Positions 39,986 to 50,650 are shown, counted from the stretch's first letter. The stretch: 62,090 bases of DNA from Candidatus Aenigmatarchaeota archaeon (GCA_021163205.1 JAGGXF010000014.1:1-62090), one strand, 5' to 3'. Translations and numbers: made by a program. The notes: generated by a model not told the origin, from the letters alone.

Positions 39986-41269
39986 ATGGAAGTTATGCTT
40001 GCCTTGGTAAATGGTAAAGTTTTTATAAAGGGCCGTCTTATCAAGGCCAACCTGATTCTCAGTAAGAGGATAGAAAAAATTACAAAAGAGAAACCCGCTG
40101 TAGATAACACTATTGACTGCTCTGGAAAAATAATCATACCAGGACTCATAGACCCCCACGTCCACTTTCGTGACCCGGGCCAAACCTACAAAGAGGACTG
40201 GACTAGTGGGTCAAAAGCAGCGGCACACGGTGGTGTAACGACCGTTCTTGACATGCCTAACAATGTTCCGCCGATTACAACACCGGAAAGACTAAAAGAA
40301 AAAATAGAAATAGCGAAAAAGAAATCAATAGTAAACTTTGGATTGTATTTTGGCATTGGACCAAGTAATCTTGAAACTTTAGGCGAAGTCAAAAATATTG
40401 TGTGTGGGTATAAAATGTTCATGTGCAAGAGCACTGGTGACCTGCTTCTGACGGATGTAAAAAAACAGGAACATGCTTTCGAGACCGTTTCAAAAACAGA
40501 AAAGGTTCTTGCTGTCCACGCAGAAACGCCAGAGATAAACGAAGCCGCGATGAAAAATAAAATAGAAGACCTCCCTGAAAGCTACGCCAACACAAAACCA
40601 CCCGAATCAGAAATAAAGGCAATAGAAAAGGCTTTGAGTATGACAAAAGTTTATGACACAAAACTTCATGTTGTCCATCTAACAACTGCTGGTGGGATAG
40701 AATTAATAAAGAACGCTAAAATGCAAGGATTGGACGTGACGACAGAAACGTGTCCACATTATCTATTTTTTACAAAAACTAATATGCGAAAGAAGAAAGC
40801 TTTTTTATCGATGAATCCGCCGCTAAGAACCAAAAAGGATCAAGCTGCACTGTGGTCAGCCATCAGTGCCGGTACCATAGACATGATATCAACAGACCAC
40901 GCTCCACATACAATAGAAGAAAAATCGCAAAGCGTGTGGACAGCACCGGGCGGGGTTCCTGGCGTCGAAACCAGAGCAGGCTTAATGATCGATGCTGTTA
41001 ACAAAAGATTGTTAAGCTTCGAGCGGTTCGTGGAGATTTGCTGCGAAAATCCTGCAAAGCGATTTGACATAAAAGAAAGAGGATTTATAGAAGCGGGATT
41101 TTTTGCTGATATAACTGTAGTGGATATGAAAAAACATTACACAATAAAAACAGATAACTTGTATACAAAATGTGGTTGGTCCCCGTTTGAAGGATTCAAA
41201 TTAAAAGGTTGTCCTGTTATGACTATATCAGAAGGTAAAATAATTATGGAAGATGGGGTGGTTTTATGA
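39986..41269 (+). CDS. pyrC: Dihydroorotase (type I)
   Basis: DPHVHFRDPG, DMPN, HAE, CPHYL, NPPLR, TDHAPH motifs. Confidence 0.93.
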   Translation: MEVMLALVNGKVFIKGRLIKANLILSKRIEKITKEKPAVDNTIDCSGKIIIPGLIDPHVHFRDPGQTYKEDWTSGSKAAAHGGVTTVLDMPNNVPPITTPERLKEKIEIAKKKSIVNFGLYFGIGPSNLETLGEVKNIVCGYKMFMCKSTGDLLLTDVKKQEHAFETVSKTEKVLAVHAETPEINEAAMKNKIEDLPESYANTKPPESEIKAIEKALSMTKVYDTKLHVVHLTTAGGIELIKNAKMQGLDVTTETCPHYLFFTKTNMRKKKAFLSMNPPLRTKKDQAALWSAISAGTIDMISTDHAPHTIEEKSQSVWTAPGGVPGVETRAGLMIDAVNKRLLSFERFVEICCENPAKRFDIKERGFIEAGFFADITVVDMKKHYTIKTDNLYTKCGWSPFEGFKLKGCPVMTISEGKIIMEDGVVL

Positions 41270-41949
41270 TATCAAAAGCGGAGAGAGATGAGATATCTGA
41301 AATACTTTTGAAGGTTAAAGCTATTTCTGTCAACATAAAGACCCCTTTTGTTCTTGTGTCGGGAATACACTCTCCTGTTTATGTTGACTGTAGAAGAATA
41401 ATATCCTTCCCAAAGGAGAGAACAAGAATAATAGAGCTGTTCGAAAAAATAGTTAAAGAAGACATTGGATTAGAGAATATAGATGTGATTGCTGGAGGAG
41501 CAACAGCAGGAATACCATACGCTGCATTTCTCTCGCAGAAAATCGAAAAGCCATTAATATATGTGAGGAAAAAACCCAAAGAATATGGAGAAAGAAAACA
41601 AACCGAAGGCGTTTTGAAAAAAGATGATCGGGTGGTTCTGGTCGAAGACCTCGTTACAGATGGAAATAGTAAAATTAATTTCTTCAATGGCATAAGAAAT
41701 GATGGCGGTGTGCCTAAATATTGCATGGTTGTTTTCAGTTATGGAAGACCGGTAATTCTTGAAAAAATGAAAAAAGCCGGTGTCGAATTATTTTGGTTAA
41801 CCGACTGGAAAAATACTTTAGACCTTACCAAAAGAAAGGGTTACTTTTCTGAGGATGAATATAGAGTAGTGGCAGAGTTCTTGAAAGACCCCATAGCTTG
41901 GGATAGAAAATGGACCTCTGGAGAGAAAGATTTTGGTGAAGAAGGATGA
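41266..41949 (+). CDS. pyrE: Orotate phosphoribosyltransferase
   Basis: SGIHSPVYVDCR, VRKKPKEYG, VEDLVTDG motifs. Confidence 0.93.
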   Translation: MISKAERDEISEILLKVKAISVNIKTPFVLVSGIHSPVYVDCRRIISFPKERTRIIELFEKIVKEDIGLENIDVIAGGATAGIPYAAFLSQKIEKPLIYVRKKPKEYGERKQTEGVLKKDDRVVLVEDLVTDGNSKINFFNGIRNDGGVPKYCMVVFSYGRPVILEKMKKAGVELFWLTDWKNTLDLTKRKGYFSEDEYRVVAEFLKDPIAWDRKWTSGEKDFGEEG

Positions 41950-42737
41950 ATTTCATAGAGAAATATGAAAAAGCGCGTGATGAAAAAAACAGCATAATCT
42001 CTGTCGGACTAGACCCCCTTCTGGATAACATGAAACTAAAAGAAAAGCCGACTGACATGGAAAAAATTAGTGAGCTTTTTTTCAATTTTTGTATGGAACT
42101 AATAGACAACACGGGGGACTACGCGTGTGCTATAAAACCAAACACGCAGTTCATTCTCTTTCCGTTAACACTTAATCAAATAAAAAAGATAAACAAGAGA
42201 GCACATGACTACGGACTCGTTAGTATATTGGACCATAAACTCGGAGACATCGGCTCTACTAACGCGTCTGCACTATACTGGATAAAGCAGGCTGGTTTCG
42301 ATGCTTTAACATTTTCTCCATTCGCAGGAAACATAAAAGAAGCCACAAAACAGGCGCATGCGCAAGGACTCGGTTTGATATGTCTTACACTTATGTCAAA
42401 CCCAGATTCTGTTTGGGTCCAGAAAGAAGCTATGAGTAATGGAATGCCACTATATGAAAAAATAGCTCATGAAATTAAAAATAGCGACGCAGATGGATGT
42501 GTTGTTGGTGCGACTGGTCATGTAACAGATGAAAACATAAAAAAGATAAGAACTATTGTTGGTAATGATAGGGTATTTTTATGTCCTGGTATTGGCGCAC
42601 AAGGAGGAGATATTAAAAAGATATTGAGAAATGCTGGAAAAAACATACTTATTCATGTTGGCCGCTCTATCATGTACGCAGATGACCAGAAAAAAGCTGC
42701 TGAAGAGTTCTGCAATCTAATCAACAATTATAGATAA
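41946..42737 (+). CDS. pyrF: Orotidine-5'-phosphate decarboxylase
   Basis: VGLDP, KPN, DHKLGDIGST, VVGAT, PGIGAQGG, VGRSI motifs. Confidence 0.93.
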   Translation: MNFIEKYEKARDEKNSIISVGLDPLLDNMKLKEKPTDMEKISELFFNFCMELIDNTGDYACAIKPNTQFILFPLTLNQIKKINKRAHDYGLVSILDHKLGDIGSTNASALYWIKQAGFDALTFSPFAGNIKEATKQAHAQGLGLICLTLMSNPDSVWVQKEAMSNGMPLYEKIAHEIKNSDADGCVVGATGHVTDENIKKIRTIVGNDRVFLCPGIGAQGGDIKKILRNAGKNILIHVGRSIMYADDQKKAAEEFCNLINNYR

Positions 42738-42758
42738 TCTTGCTGGGTTTTAGAATCT

Positions 42759-43217
42759 TTACAACTTCTCCAAGAGATCGTGCTCGTTAAAAACACGTTC
42801 ACAGTAATAACATCTTACTTTAAGCGGGTCAGCAGCCTCCACTAGAAGTCTTGGTTTTACTGGTTCTCTCTGGTTTGTTATGCAAGAAGGATTTGGACAA
42901 CTTACAACATCAATAACATCAGGTATTTTTATCTTTCTCTTCTCAACAACATTAAAGTCTTTTATTATATTGACAGTCGCCCCGGGAGCAAGCAATGCTA
43001 TTTTATCGACCACCAAATCTTCAAAACCTTTGCCTTCTATTTTTATTATATCTTTTTTGTTCTGTCTTGTGCTTGAAACATTCATGAGAATGCTTATCGT
43101 TTCCTCTGTCTGGTTGTCTACACCCAATATTTTCATAATGTCTGGCGATTTACCAGCTGGCAAATGATCTAGAACAATGCCATTTTCAATTTTTCTCACT
43201 TTCAATTCTTCATTCAT
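42759..43217 (-). CDS. pyrI: Aspartate carbamoyltransferase regulatory chain
   Basis: IENGIVLDHL, KDIIKIE, CPNPSCIT, RCYYCE motifs. Confidence 0.95.
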   Translation of the reverse strand: MNEELKVRKIENGIVLDHLPAGKSPDIMKILGVDNQTEETISILMNVSSTRQNKKDIIKIEGKGFEDLVVDKIALLAPGATVNIIKDFNVVEKRKIKIPDVIDVVSCPNPSCITNQREPVKPRLLVEAADPLKVRCYYCERVFNEHDLLEKL

Positions 43218-43232
43218 GATAATACCTCCCTT

Positions 43233-44144
43233 TCATATGTCGGCCATAACCATTGCGAGCAGGGCCATTCTAGTAGGAACACCGTAAAAAGATTGAACAA
43301 AATATTTTGCTCTTCTATCATTATCAACCCCGGGTGATATTTCATTAACCCTTGGTAGAGGATGCATTATCATCGTTTCTTCTCCAAGTTCCTTTAATGT
43401 CTCTTCGTCAAGGATATACGCGCTGGCAACCCGTTGATATTCTTCTATATCAGGGAATCGCTCTTTCTGTATTCTTGTCAGATATAAAACATCAGACTTT
43501 ACTTCTATGCTATTTATTTCCTTGACACTTATTCCAGATGATTTTAAATCGGCAACAATCCATCGTGGCATCCTGAGTGATGGTGGAGAAGCAAATACGA
43601 ATGAAACATCGAACTTACTTAGTGCGTATGCAAGAGAATGAACTGTCCTACCGTACTTCAAATCTCCGGCAAGCGTCACCTTCAAGCCATCGAGTTTTCC
43701 TTTTTCCTTAAGAATTGTATACATGTCCAAGAGAGCCTGCGTTGGATGTTGGTTAGAACCGTCTCCACCATTAATTATAGGAACCTCACTAAATTTTGCA
43801 GCCAATGCCGCCGCACCTTCATTTGGATGTCGGATAACTATTGCATTTGCGTATCCTTCAACAACCCTTATGGTGTCTGCAAGCGTTTCACCCTTCTTCA
43901 CAGACGACGTCCTCGGATCATCAAAACCAACAACAGTTCCACCGAGCAGATTCATTGCAGCCATAAAAGACAATTTTGTTCTTGTCGATGGCTCAAAAAA
44001 CAGAGTAGCTAGTGTTTTACCTTTTAGCATATCTACCTGTTTTTTTGCTTTGGCAATTGGCTCCATCTTTTTAGTTTTTTCAAGGACATCTTCAATAAAA
44101 TCTCTACTCATATTTCGTGTTGATATTATATCCATCTTTTTCAT
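43233..44144 (-). CDS. pyrB: Aspartate carbamoyltransferase catalytic chain
   Basis: FFEPSTRT, KGETLADT, HPTQALLD, GDLKYGRTVHS, RIQKERF, HPLPR motifs. Confidence 0.96.
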   Translation of the reverse strand: MKKMDIISTRNMSRDFIEDVLEKTKKMEPIAKAKKQVDMLKGKTLATLFFEPSTRTKLSFMAAMNLLGGTVVGFDDPRTSSVKKGETLADTIRVVEGYANAIVIRHPNEGAAALAAKFSEVPIINGGDGSNQHPTQALLDMYTILKEKGKLDGLKVTLAGDLKYGRTVHSLAYALSKFDVSFVFASPPSLRMPRWIVADLKSSGISVKEINSIEVKSDVLYLTRIQKERFPDIEEYQRVASAYILDEETLKELGEETMIMHPLPRVNEISPGVDNDRRAKYFVQSFYGVPTRMALLAMVMADI

Positions 44145-44177
44145 CTCATCACCAACTAAATAATTTTATATAATAAC

Positions 44178-45095
44178 TCAAACTCCCATCAAAGACACCA
44201 TTATAGCCTTTTGTACATGCAGCCTGTTTTCTGCCTCGTCAAATACAATCGAGTGCGGCCCATCTATAACATCGTCTGTTATTTCTTGTCCCCTATGTGC
44301 TGGTAGACAGTGCATCACTAAAACATCTTTGCTGGCGTGGCTGACCAATTTTTCATTCACCTGGTATGGCCGCAAATCCTTTATTCTCTGTTCAGCGTCT
44401 TCTTGCCCCATACTAACCCAAGTATCTGTATATATAATATCTGCGTTCATCACCCCTCTTATCGGATCGTGTTCCACAGTTATATTACCAGCAGCCTGTT
44501 TCTTCGCCGCATTCAGTATTTCAGGATTCGGTGTGTAAACGTCTTTGTCGGGGCAAACCGCAACAACATCTGCTCCCAACTTCGAAAAACCTATTATGGT
44601 AGAATTACACATGTTGAACCCGCAATCACCCAAAAAGGCTACTTTAAGTCCCTTGATTTTTCCTCTTTTTTCTATAACTGTCATCATATCAGCCATTGTT
44701 TGGCAGGGATGATATAAATCAGTAAGTGCATTTATGACAGGTATTGACGACGCATTTGCCAATTCAACAAGGTCCGTTTGTTTGTAAAGTCTAGCCATCA
44801 GTATATCACAATATCTACTCAGAACCTTTGAGGTGTCTGATATGGTTTCACCCCGACCAAGTTGTGTTGTTCGGAAATCAAGATATATAGCATGGCCCCC
44901 AAGCTGTGTCATACCAACCTCGAAAGAAATTCTTGTTCTTGTTGAGGGCTTCTGAAAAAGCATGCCCAATGTCTTATTCGGTAAGTTCTTAACCGTCTTG
45001 CCGGACTTCATGTCGATCGCCAAATCTATTATCTCTTTTAGCTCTTCTGTCTTGTAGTCCAAGAGTGTTAAGAAATGTCTTCCCTTTATATTCAT
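44178..45095 (-). CDS. argF: Ornithine carbamoyltransferase
   Basis: FQKPSTRTR, HPCQ, DTWVSMG, HCLPAHRG, AENRLH motifs. Confidence 0.95.
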   Translation of the reverse strand: MNIKGRHFLTLLDYKTEELKEIIDLAIDMKSGKTVKNLPNKTLGMLFQKPSTRTRISFEVGMTQLGGHAIYLDFRTTQLGRGETISDTSKVLSRYCDILMARLYKQTDLVELANASSIPVINALTDLYHPCQTMADMMTVIEKRGKIKGLKVAFLGDCGFNMCNSTIIGFSKLGADVVAVCPDKDVYTPNPEILNAAKKQAAGNITVEHDPIRGVMNADIIYTDTWVSMGQEDAEQRIKDLRPYQVNEKLVSHASKDVLVMHCLPAHRGQEITDDVIDGPHSIVFDEAENRLHVQKAIMVSLMGV

Positions 45096-45300
45096 TCAAT
45101 CACCCCTGTTACTAAAATAATTTAAGAAGGGAGAGAAGCAGTTCTTTTTTCTTTCATCTCCTCTTATAGGCGTGTGTAAGTTCATTGAACCCTTCGATAC
45201 TTAGATTACTAAACTTTATAAAATATTTGGTATCTGTCAAAAAGAAAAAGTTTTAAATTGTTTCTCTAATAATAGTTATTTGTATTTTTCTTTCTGGCTT

Positions 45301-45936
45301 TCATCCAAGAATTTTTACGTCTATACCAGAATCCTTAAGCAATTCAGCAAAATCTTCTGCATCTTTTCTTGAACCCACGATACTTCCCCAATGCATGGGT
45401 ATCGCTATCTTTGGTTTTATAGCTTTTGCTGCTTCAGCCGCTTCTTGAGCATTCATCGTATATGTTCCTCCCACTGGCAACAAGGCAACGTCTATATCTG
45501 AAAGCGATTTCATCTCTGGTATTTTGTCCGTGTCACCGGCGTGATAAATCTTTTTTTCGTTAATTTCTATCACAAACCCAACGCCCCTTCCCTTTGGATG
45601 AAACGACTTTCCTATGTTGTAGGAAGGAATCGTCTGTATTTTTATACCGTCCAATACTTTTGTATCGTTCTGCCCGACTGGTTCGAAGCCTTCTGGAATC
45701 TTTCCCGAGCATGACTCAGGCGCAAATATTTTTGTATTTTCTTTTTTTATCATTCTTATCTTTTCTGCATCGCAATGGTCGTAGTGGTCATGAGTAATTA
45801 ATATCAGATCGGCTTTCTCTGCATCTTTAAGAATATACGGATCTATGTAGATGACCTTTTCATTGGTTTTAATCTTAAACGAAGCGTGGCCCAACCATTG
45901 TATATTAATTCCGTCTATAGAAAAACTATCTGACAT
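45301..45936 (-). CDS. MBL-fold metallo-hydrolase (UlaG-like)
   Basis: WLGHAS, IDP, THDHYDH, HAGDT, PMHW motifs. Confidence 0.9.
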   Translation of the reverse strand: MSDSFSIDGINIQWLGHASFKIKTNEKVIYIDPYILKDAEKADLILITHDHYDHCDAEKIRMIKKENTKIFAPESCSGKIPEGFEPVGQNDTKVLDGIKIQTIPSYNIGKSFHPKGRGVGFVIEINEKKIYHAGDTDKIPEMKSLSDIDVALLPVGGTYTMNAQEAAEAAKAIKPKIAIPMHWGSIVGSRKDAEDFAELLKDSGIDVKILG

Positions 45937-45959
45937 GCAAACACCCCAAAAAAGATAAC

Positions 45960-46916
45960 TTACCTAATCTTTTTATGAGTAAGCCCAGCCATATCTTTTA
46001 TTCTATAGTAATCGTTTTTTATCATATAGAGTTTGAGTTCATCTAAAATTCGTCGAACATTATTATAACCGCCGTCGTTGTAAAAAACAGAAACCGCTTG
46101 GACGGCGTTAGCTCCTACGAAAAAATATTTTACAATGTCTTCTCCATGGCATATCCCACCCACCCCAACTATTGGAGTTATTGGAAGACTATCTCTAATG
46201 TTATAGACACATTTGAGTGATATCGGTAAAAGAGCATGACCAGAGAGACCTCCTGTCGTATTCGATAAAACAGGCTTTCCTCTTGAGTCACCATTTACAG
46301 TTACATCCATAGCAGGCATCGTGTTTGTTGCTGTGATAACGTCAGCGCCTGCTTTTACTGCACACTTCGCTATATATGATATGTTCAGAACAGATGGTGT
46401 TAACTTAACAAATATCGGCTTTCCAGTATTTTTTCTTACGACCTCGACAACCTCAGCAGTCAGATCTGGATCTTGACCAATCAGATAACACGCCTCTTTT
46501 TTAGTAGGATCGGAATGTGGACAAGATAAGTTAAGCTCAAAAAATTCAAATTTTTCGCTGTCAAGATATTCAACAATTGTTTCGAAGTCTCTTGGAGTAG
46601 AGCCAAAAATACTGACACCGAGAGGGACTCTATGTTCCCCTGCATTTTCATTATAAAAAGCTATTTCCCTTTTGATTTGTTTCATTCCGAGATTAGGCAA
46701 GCCCTCTGCATTCAACATATATCCATTTCCTTTATATATACATGGGGACTCATAGCCTTCTCTTGGCTCAATACTTATTGATTTTGTCACAACAAACCCA
46801 AATCCCTGTTTTGCAGCAAGAACAAGTTGTGAACCAGTATATCCCAAACGAGAAGAACCAAGACCAAGTGGATTTTTAAGAGTTATACCAGCTATTTCTG
46901 TTTCTAACTCTACCAC
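45960..46916 (-). CDS. Second family-1 dihydroorotate / dihydropyrimidine dehydrogenase-like flavoprotein
   Basis: VTKS, NAEGLPN, ELNLSCPH, KLTP, NT, GGLSG, GVGGI motifs. Confidence 0.85.
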   Translation of the reverse strand: MVELETEIAGITLKNPLGLGSSRLGYTGSQLVLAAKQGFGFVVTKSISIEPREGYESPCIYKGNGYMLNAEGLPNLGMKQIKREIAFYNENAGEHRVPLGVSIFGSTPRDFETIVEYLDSEKFEFFELNLSCPHSDPTKKEACYLIGQDPDLTAEVVEVVRKNTGKPIFVKLTPSVLNISYIAKCAVKAGADVITATNTMPAMDVTVNGDSRGKPVLSNTTGGLSGHALLPISLKCVYNIRDSLPITPIVGVGGICHGEDIVKYFFVGANAVQAVSVFYNDGGYNNVRRILDELKLYMIKNDYYRIKDMAGLTHKKIR

Positions 46917-47025
46917 ATAAACACCTTTATCAAACTCGGGCCACGCTATGATTATAGTTAGTATAACAGAAAAAAACTTTTAAATCTAAAACAAATTCAG
47001 AATGTAATTTATGCGTAATGTCGAA

Positions 47026-49155
47026 TTACTTTTCCTTGTTTTTTTCTAACTTTTTTGCTTTTTTAGATTCCGCCTTACTTTTGGCTTGAACCTTTGCTAA
47101 GAGTTTGTCATCTCTCCAATCTTTTTTTGTGGGACAGTTTATATCGATACACATTCTAAACGGTCTTTTTCCCACTCTTCTTATCTGTATTATTGGAGAA
47201 CCACACTCCGGGCAAACCTTGCCTGTAGCTTCAATAATCCCCTCTTTCGGGAGTGGCTGACCATACTTACATTTAGGGTAATTAGAACAACCGACGAATC
47301 GTTTCTTAGTCCGCCATGATTTGTGGACCTTAAGTATTCCCCCACATTTTGGGCACTTACCAAGTATAGCCTGCTTTTCCTGCGTTTCTATTACAGATTT
47401 CGTGAGCTCTTTTCCTATTTTAGCCTCTTTTTCTTTAAATTTCTTCAGAATTTTCGTCAGAGTTTTTCTCGCTTCTTCCAAAACTTTTTCGCGCTTTTCT
47501 TTTCCAAGCTCTATTTTTTCTGTTTCTTTTTCAAAATATCTTGTCAGTTTTTCCGAGATAACTTCAGGGACATTCTTTTCTAAAATATCCGAAACGCTAA
47601 TTCCAAGATCAGTAACAGTAATACTTTTTCCTATCAAATAGTTTCTGTTATAAAGAGTCTGAAGAATCTGAGCGCGCGTTGCCTTGGTTCCGAGTCCTCT
47701 CTTCTCCATCTCCTTCAAAACCGATCCCTGAGAAAACCGTTGCGGTGGTTGAGTCTCTTTCTCAAGCTGTTCAATCTTTTTAATATTCAACTCATCTCCC
47801 TTTTTAATGTCAGGAAGAATTATCTCATCTCTTTTCGAATAGCGCCCATACAAGGCAGTCCACCCCGGCTCTATCGTTTTCTTTCCTTTCAAGAAGAATT
47901 TTTCTCCGCCAGAATCTAGGACCACTTTTATAGACTCTCTTTTAGCAGGATCTCCAAAAACAGCTAAAAATCTTCTAACAACCAAATCATAAACAGCCTT
48001 TTGTTTGTTTCCAAGTCTTTTTGGTTTTTCTCCTGTTGGAAATATCGCCGGATGTGCTGGATCGTTTCTCTTTCCTTCTGTTGGCTTCAGATCTTTTTTC
48101 TCTAAAAGACTTTTAACATCCTTCTCATAATTTTTTTGCTTGGCCAATTTTGATAAAATCTTTTTATATCCAATAGATGCTGGTAATTTTTCTGAAGCAG
48201 TTCTTGGATAAGAAATCAGACCAGCCTGATATAAAGACTCTGCAATGTTCAAAGCTTGTTGAGGCGAGTAACCAAAGTATCTATAAACATCTGAAAGAAA
48301 CGAAGTTGTGTTGTACGGCTTTGGTGGTTTTTGTGTTTGTACCCGCTTTTCAATCTTTTTTACAACAGCTTTTTTCTTTTTGGCTTTTTTCATTACGCTT
48401 TCTGCTTTCGCTTTGTCCCAAATTTTATCTTTCTCGTATTCAGCATCAAAAATCTTTTTTCCTATTTCAACCTTCAATAAAATTTGCCAGAATGGTTTTG
48501 GTTTAAATGCTTTTATTTTCTTTTCGTGTTGAACCAGCATATGAAGAACTGGACCCTGAACACGACCAGTTGAGAGTATCTTAAATCTCTGAGAAGCGTT
48601 TTTGATCGCGAGAGTAAGAGCGCGCGTAAGATTAATACCCCAGTACCAATCAAGATAATGTCTAGTCAATCCAGACTCTATAAGATTTTTGTCTAAAGTC
48701 TTGGAAGCATTTATAAAAGCCTTGACAAGATCCTCTTTGGTCATTGTAGAAAACTTCATTCTTTTTGCATTGTTCCTTTTACAAATAAACCGAATTATGT
48801 TAAAACCAATGACAGCTCCCTCAGTATCGTAATCTGTTGCCACGATAAAGTCATCTGCATCCTTTGCAAGCTTTACTATGTTCTCGAAATATTTTCTCGA
48901 AAATTCTGAAGACTTTCTTGCCTCAAAGCTTGGAATCCAGTGGACATCAAACCTTGGATAAGTCCAGCCTTTTTCTTTCTGTTTCAATGAAAACAGGTGG
49001 CCAACAGCAGGAACAACAACAAAAGGTTTTTTGTCTCTTTCAAATTCAAACCACACCACATTTCGTTCCCCGTGCTTGATCGGCTTTTTGTCTGCTAAAG
49101 ATTCTGCTATCTTTTGAGCTGCGCTTGGCTTTTCTGCTATAATTAATGTATACAC
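47026..49155 (-). CDS. topA: DNA topoisomerase IA
   Basis: IAEKPS, GHL, DYDTEG, STGRVQ, SYPRT motifs and C-terminal Zn ribbons. Confidence 0.95.
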   Translation of the reverse strand: MYTLIIAEKPSAAQKIAESLADKKPIKHGERNVVWFEFERDKKPFVVVPAVGHLFSLKQKEKGWTYPRFDVHWIPSFEARKSSEFSRKYFENIVKLAKDADDFIVATDYDTEGAVIGFNIIRFICKRNNAKRMKFSTMTKEDLVKAFINASKTLDKNLIESGLTRHYLDWYWGINLTRALTLAIKNASQRFKILSTGRVQGPVLHMLVQHEKKIKAFKPKPFWQILLKVEIGKKIFDAEYEKDKIWDKAKAESVMKKAKKKKAVVKKIEKRVQTQKPPKPYNTTSFLSDVYRYFGYSPQQALNIAESLYQAGLISYPRTASEKLPASIGYKKILSKLAKQKNYEKDVKSLLEKKDLKPTEGKRNDPAHPAIFPTGEKPKRLGNKQKAVYDLVVRRFLAVFGDPAKRESIKVVLDSGGEKFFLKGKKTIEPGWTALYGRYSKRDEIILPDIKKGDELNIKKIEQLEKETQPPQRFSQGSVLKEMEKRGLGTKATRAQILQTLYNRNYLIGKSITVTDLGISVSDILEKNVPEVISEKLTRYFEKETEKIELGKEKREKVLEEARKTLTKILKKFKEKEAKIGKELTKSVIETQEKQAILGKCPKCGGILKVHKSWRTKKRFVGCSNYPKCKYGQPLPKEGIIEATGKVCPECGSPIIQIRRVGKRPFRMCIDINCPTKKDWRDDKLLAKVQAKSKAESKKAKKLEKNKEK

Positions 49156-49254
49156 AAAAACACCACCCGTTAACCAAATTTTTGTAATTAAATAATTTCA
49201 TTATAATATAGGAGAACTATTTAAAACTTTTTCGCCACTCATCAGTTTTTATCA

Positions 49255-50538
49255 TCAAGAGTTTTCTTCTAGAACTTTAAATCCTGTATAAGGCCACAGC
49301 ACTTTAGGAATTTTTACTGTTCCATCGGCCTGTTGGAATTGCTCTATAATCGCTATCATTGTTCTGCTGGTTGCAAGAGCCGTGTTGTTCAGTGTATGAA
49401 CAAAACCAGCAGGCTTCTGGCCTGGTTTATTTCTGTATTTTATATTCAACCTTCTTGCCTGGTAGTCCGTACAGTTGGAGTTAGAACCAAGCTCCCTAAA
49501 AGTGTCGTCAGCCATCCACATTTCTATGTCATATTTTTTTGCTGCGATCGTTCCGATATCTCCGGTGCACACATTCACAACCCTATAATGTAGACCGAGA
49601 GTATTATATATCTCTTCTGCATTCCTTTGAATCTCTTCATGAAAATTCCAAGAATCTTCGGGCAAACAAAATACAAACTGCTCGACCTTGTTAAAATGGT
49701 GCATCCTGTAAAGCCCTTTGGTGTACTTGCCGTGGGCACCAACTTCTCTCCTAAAGCATGGACTAACACCCGTGAGTTTTATTGGCAGCCTATCTTTATC
49801 TATGATCTCATCCATAAACATTGCTGCCATCGGGTGTTCACTTGTTGCTATAAGATACAAATCACTTCCTTCTATTTTATACATAACTTCTTCGAAATCA
49901 CCCAAGTCTGTCACACCTTCGTAGGGTTTCCTTCTTAGCATAAATGGGGGCTCTATAACAACGAATCCCTTCTTTCTCATGAAATCGAGTGCATATCTTA
50001 GAAGTGCATAATCAAGAATAGCGAGCTCATTTTTTAGATAGAAAAAACCGCGTCCAGCCACCTCGGCCGATTTCTCAGTTTCTATTAGTCCAAGATTGAC
50101 CAAAATGTCCAGATGATTTTTCGGTTTAAAATCAAACTCGGGTTTTTTTCCACACACCTTTACAACAACATTGTCATGTTCATCTCTTCCTATTGGCACA
50201 GACTCATGAAGTATATTAGGTAATCGCATTAATATGAAACGAATTTTTTCATCGAGCTTTTTAATTTCCTTGTCTATTGTTTTAATCTGTTCTGGTATTT
50301 TTTTCATTTCTTCTTTTTTCTTTTCAATGTCTTTTCCTTCTTCTTTGAGTTTGGCTATCTCTTTGGTGATAGTATTTCTCTTGTGTTTCAGTTCATCTAC
50401 CTTCTTAATTAATTCTCTTCTCTTTCTGTCATAATCAAGTAAGTTATCTACCCATTTGATTTTTTCTTCATCTCTCCTTTTTTTCAAATCGTTCTTTACT
50501 ATTTCTGGGTTTTCTCTTATCATTTTTATGTCAAGCAT
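49255..50538 (-). CDS. serS: Seryl-tRNA synthetase
   Basis: MLDIK, ATSEH, FRREVG, HFNKVEQF, SNCTDYQARR, HTLN motifs. Confidence 0.96.
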   Translation of the reverse strand: MLDIKMIRENPEIVKNDLKKRRDEEKIKWVDNLLDYDRKRRELIKKVDELKHKRNTITKEIAKLKEEGKDIEKKKEEMKKIPEQIKTIDKEIKKLDEKIRFILMRLPNILHESVPIGRDEHDNVVVKVCGKKPEFDFKPKNHLDILVNLGLIETEKSAEVAGRGFFYLKNELAILDYALLRYALDFMRKKGFVVIEPPFMLRRKPYEGVTDLGDFEEVMYKIEGSDLYLIATSEHPMAAMFMDEIIDKDRLPIKLTGVSPCFRREVGAHGKYTKGLYRMHHFNKVEQFVFCLPEDSWNFHEEIQRNAEEIYNTLGLHYRVVNVCTGDIGTIAAKKYDIEMWMADDTFRELGSNSNCTDYQARRLNIKYRNKPGQKPAGFVHTLNNTALATSRTMIAIIEQFQQADGTVKIPKVLWPYTGFKVLEENS

Positions 50539-50650
50539 TAAAACACCTCTAGTCAACTTGTCTGATATCCAAATGTTGTTATAAAATTGTCCATTAGCCT
50601 AGTTATTCTCTATTATTAAAAATTTAAAAATGTCTTTTTAGTGTATAACC

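Noticed and set aside
45096..45185. 29-codon upstream ORF (MNLHTPIRGDERKKNCFSPFLNYFSNRGD) abutting the argF start as a leader peptide
   Set aside because: No clear regulatory codon run or attenuator; could be chance in a ~200-nt gap.
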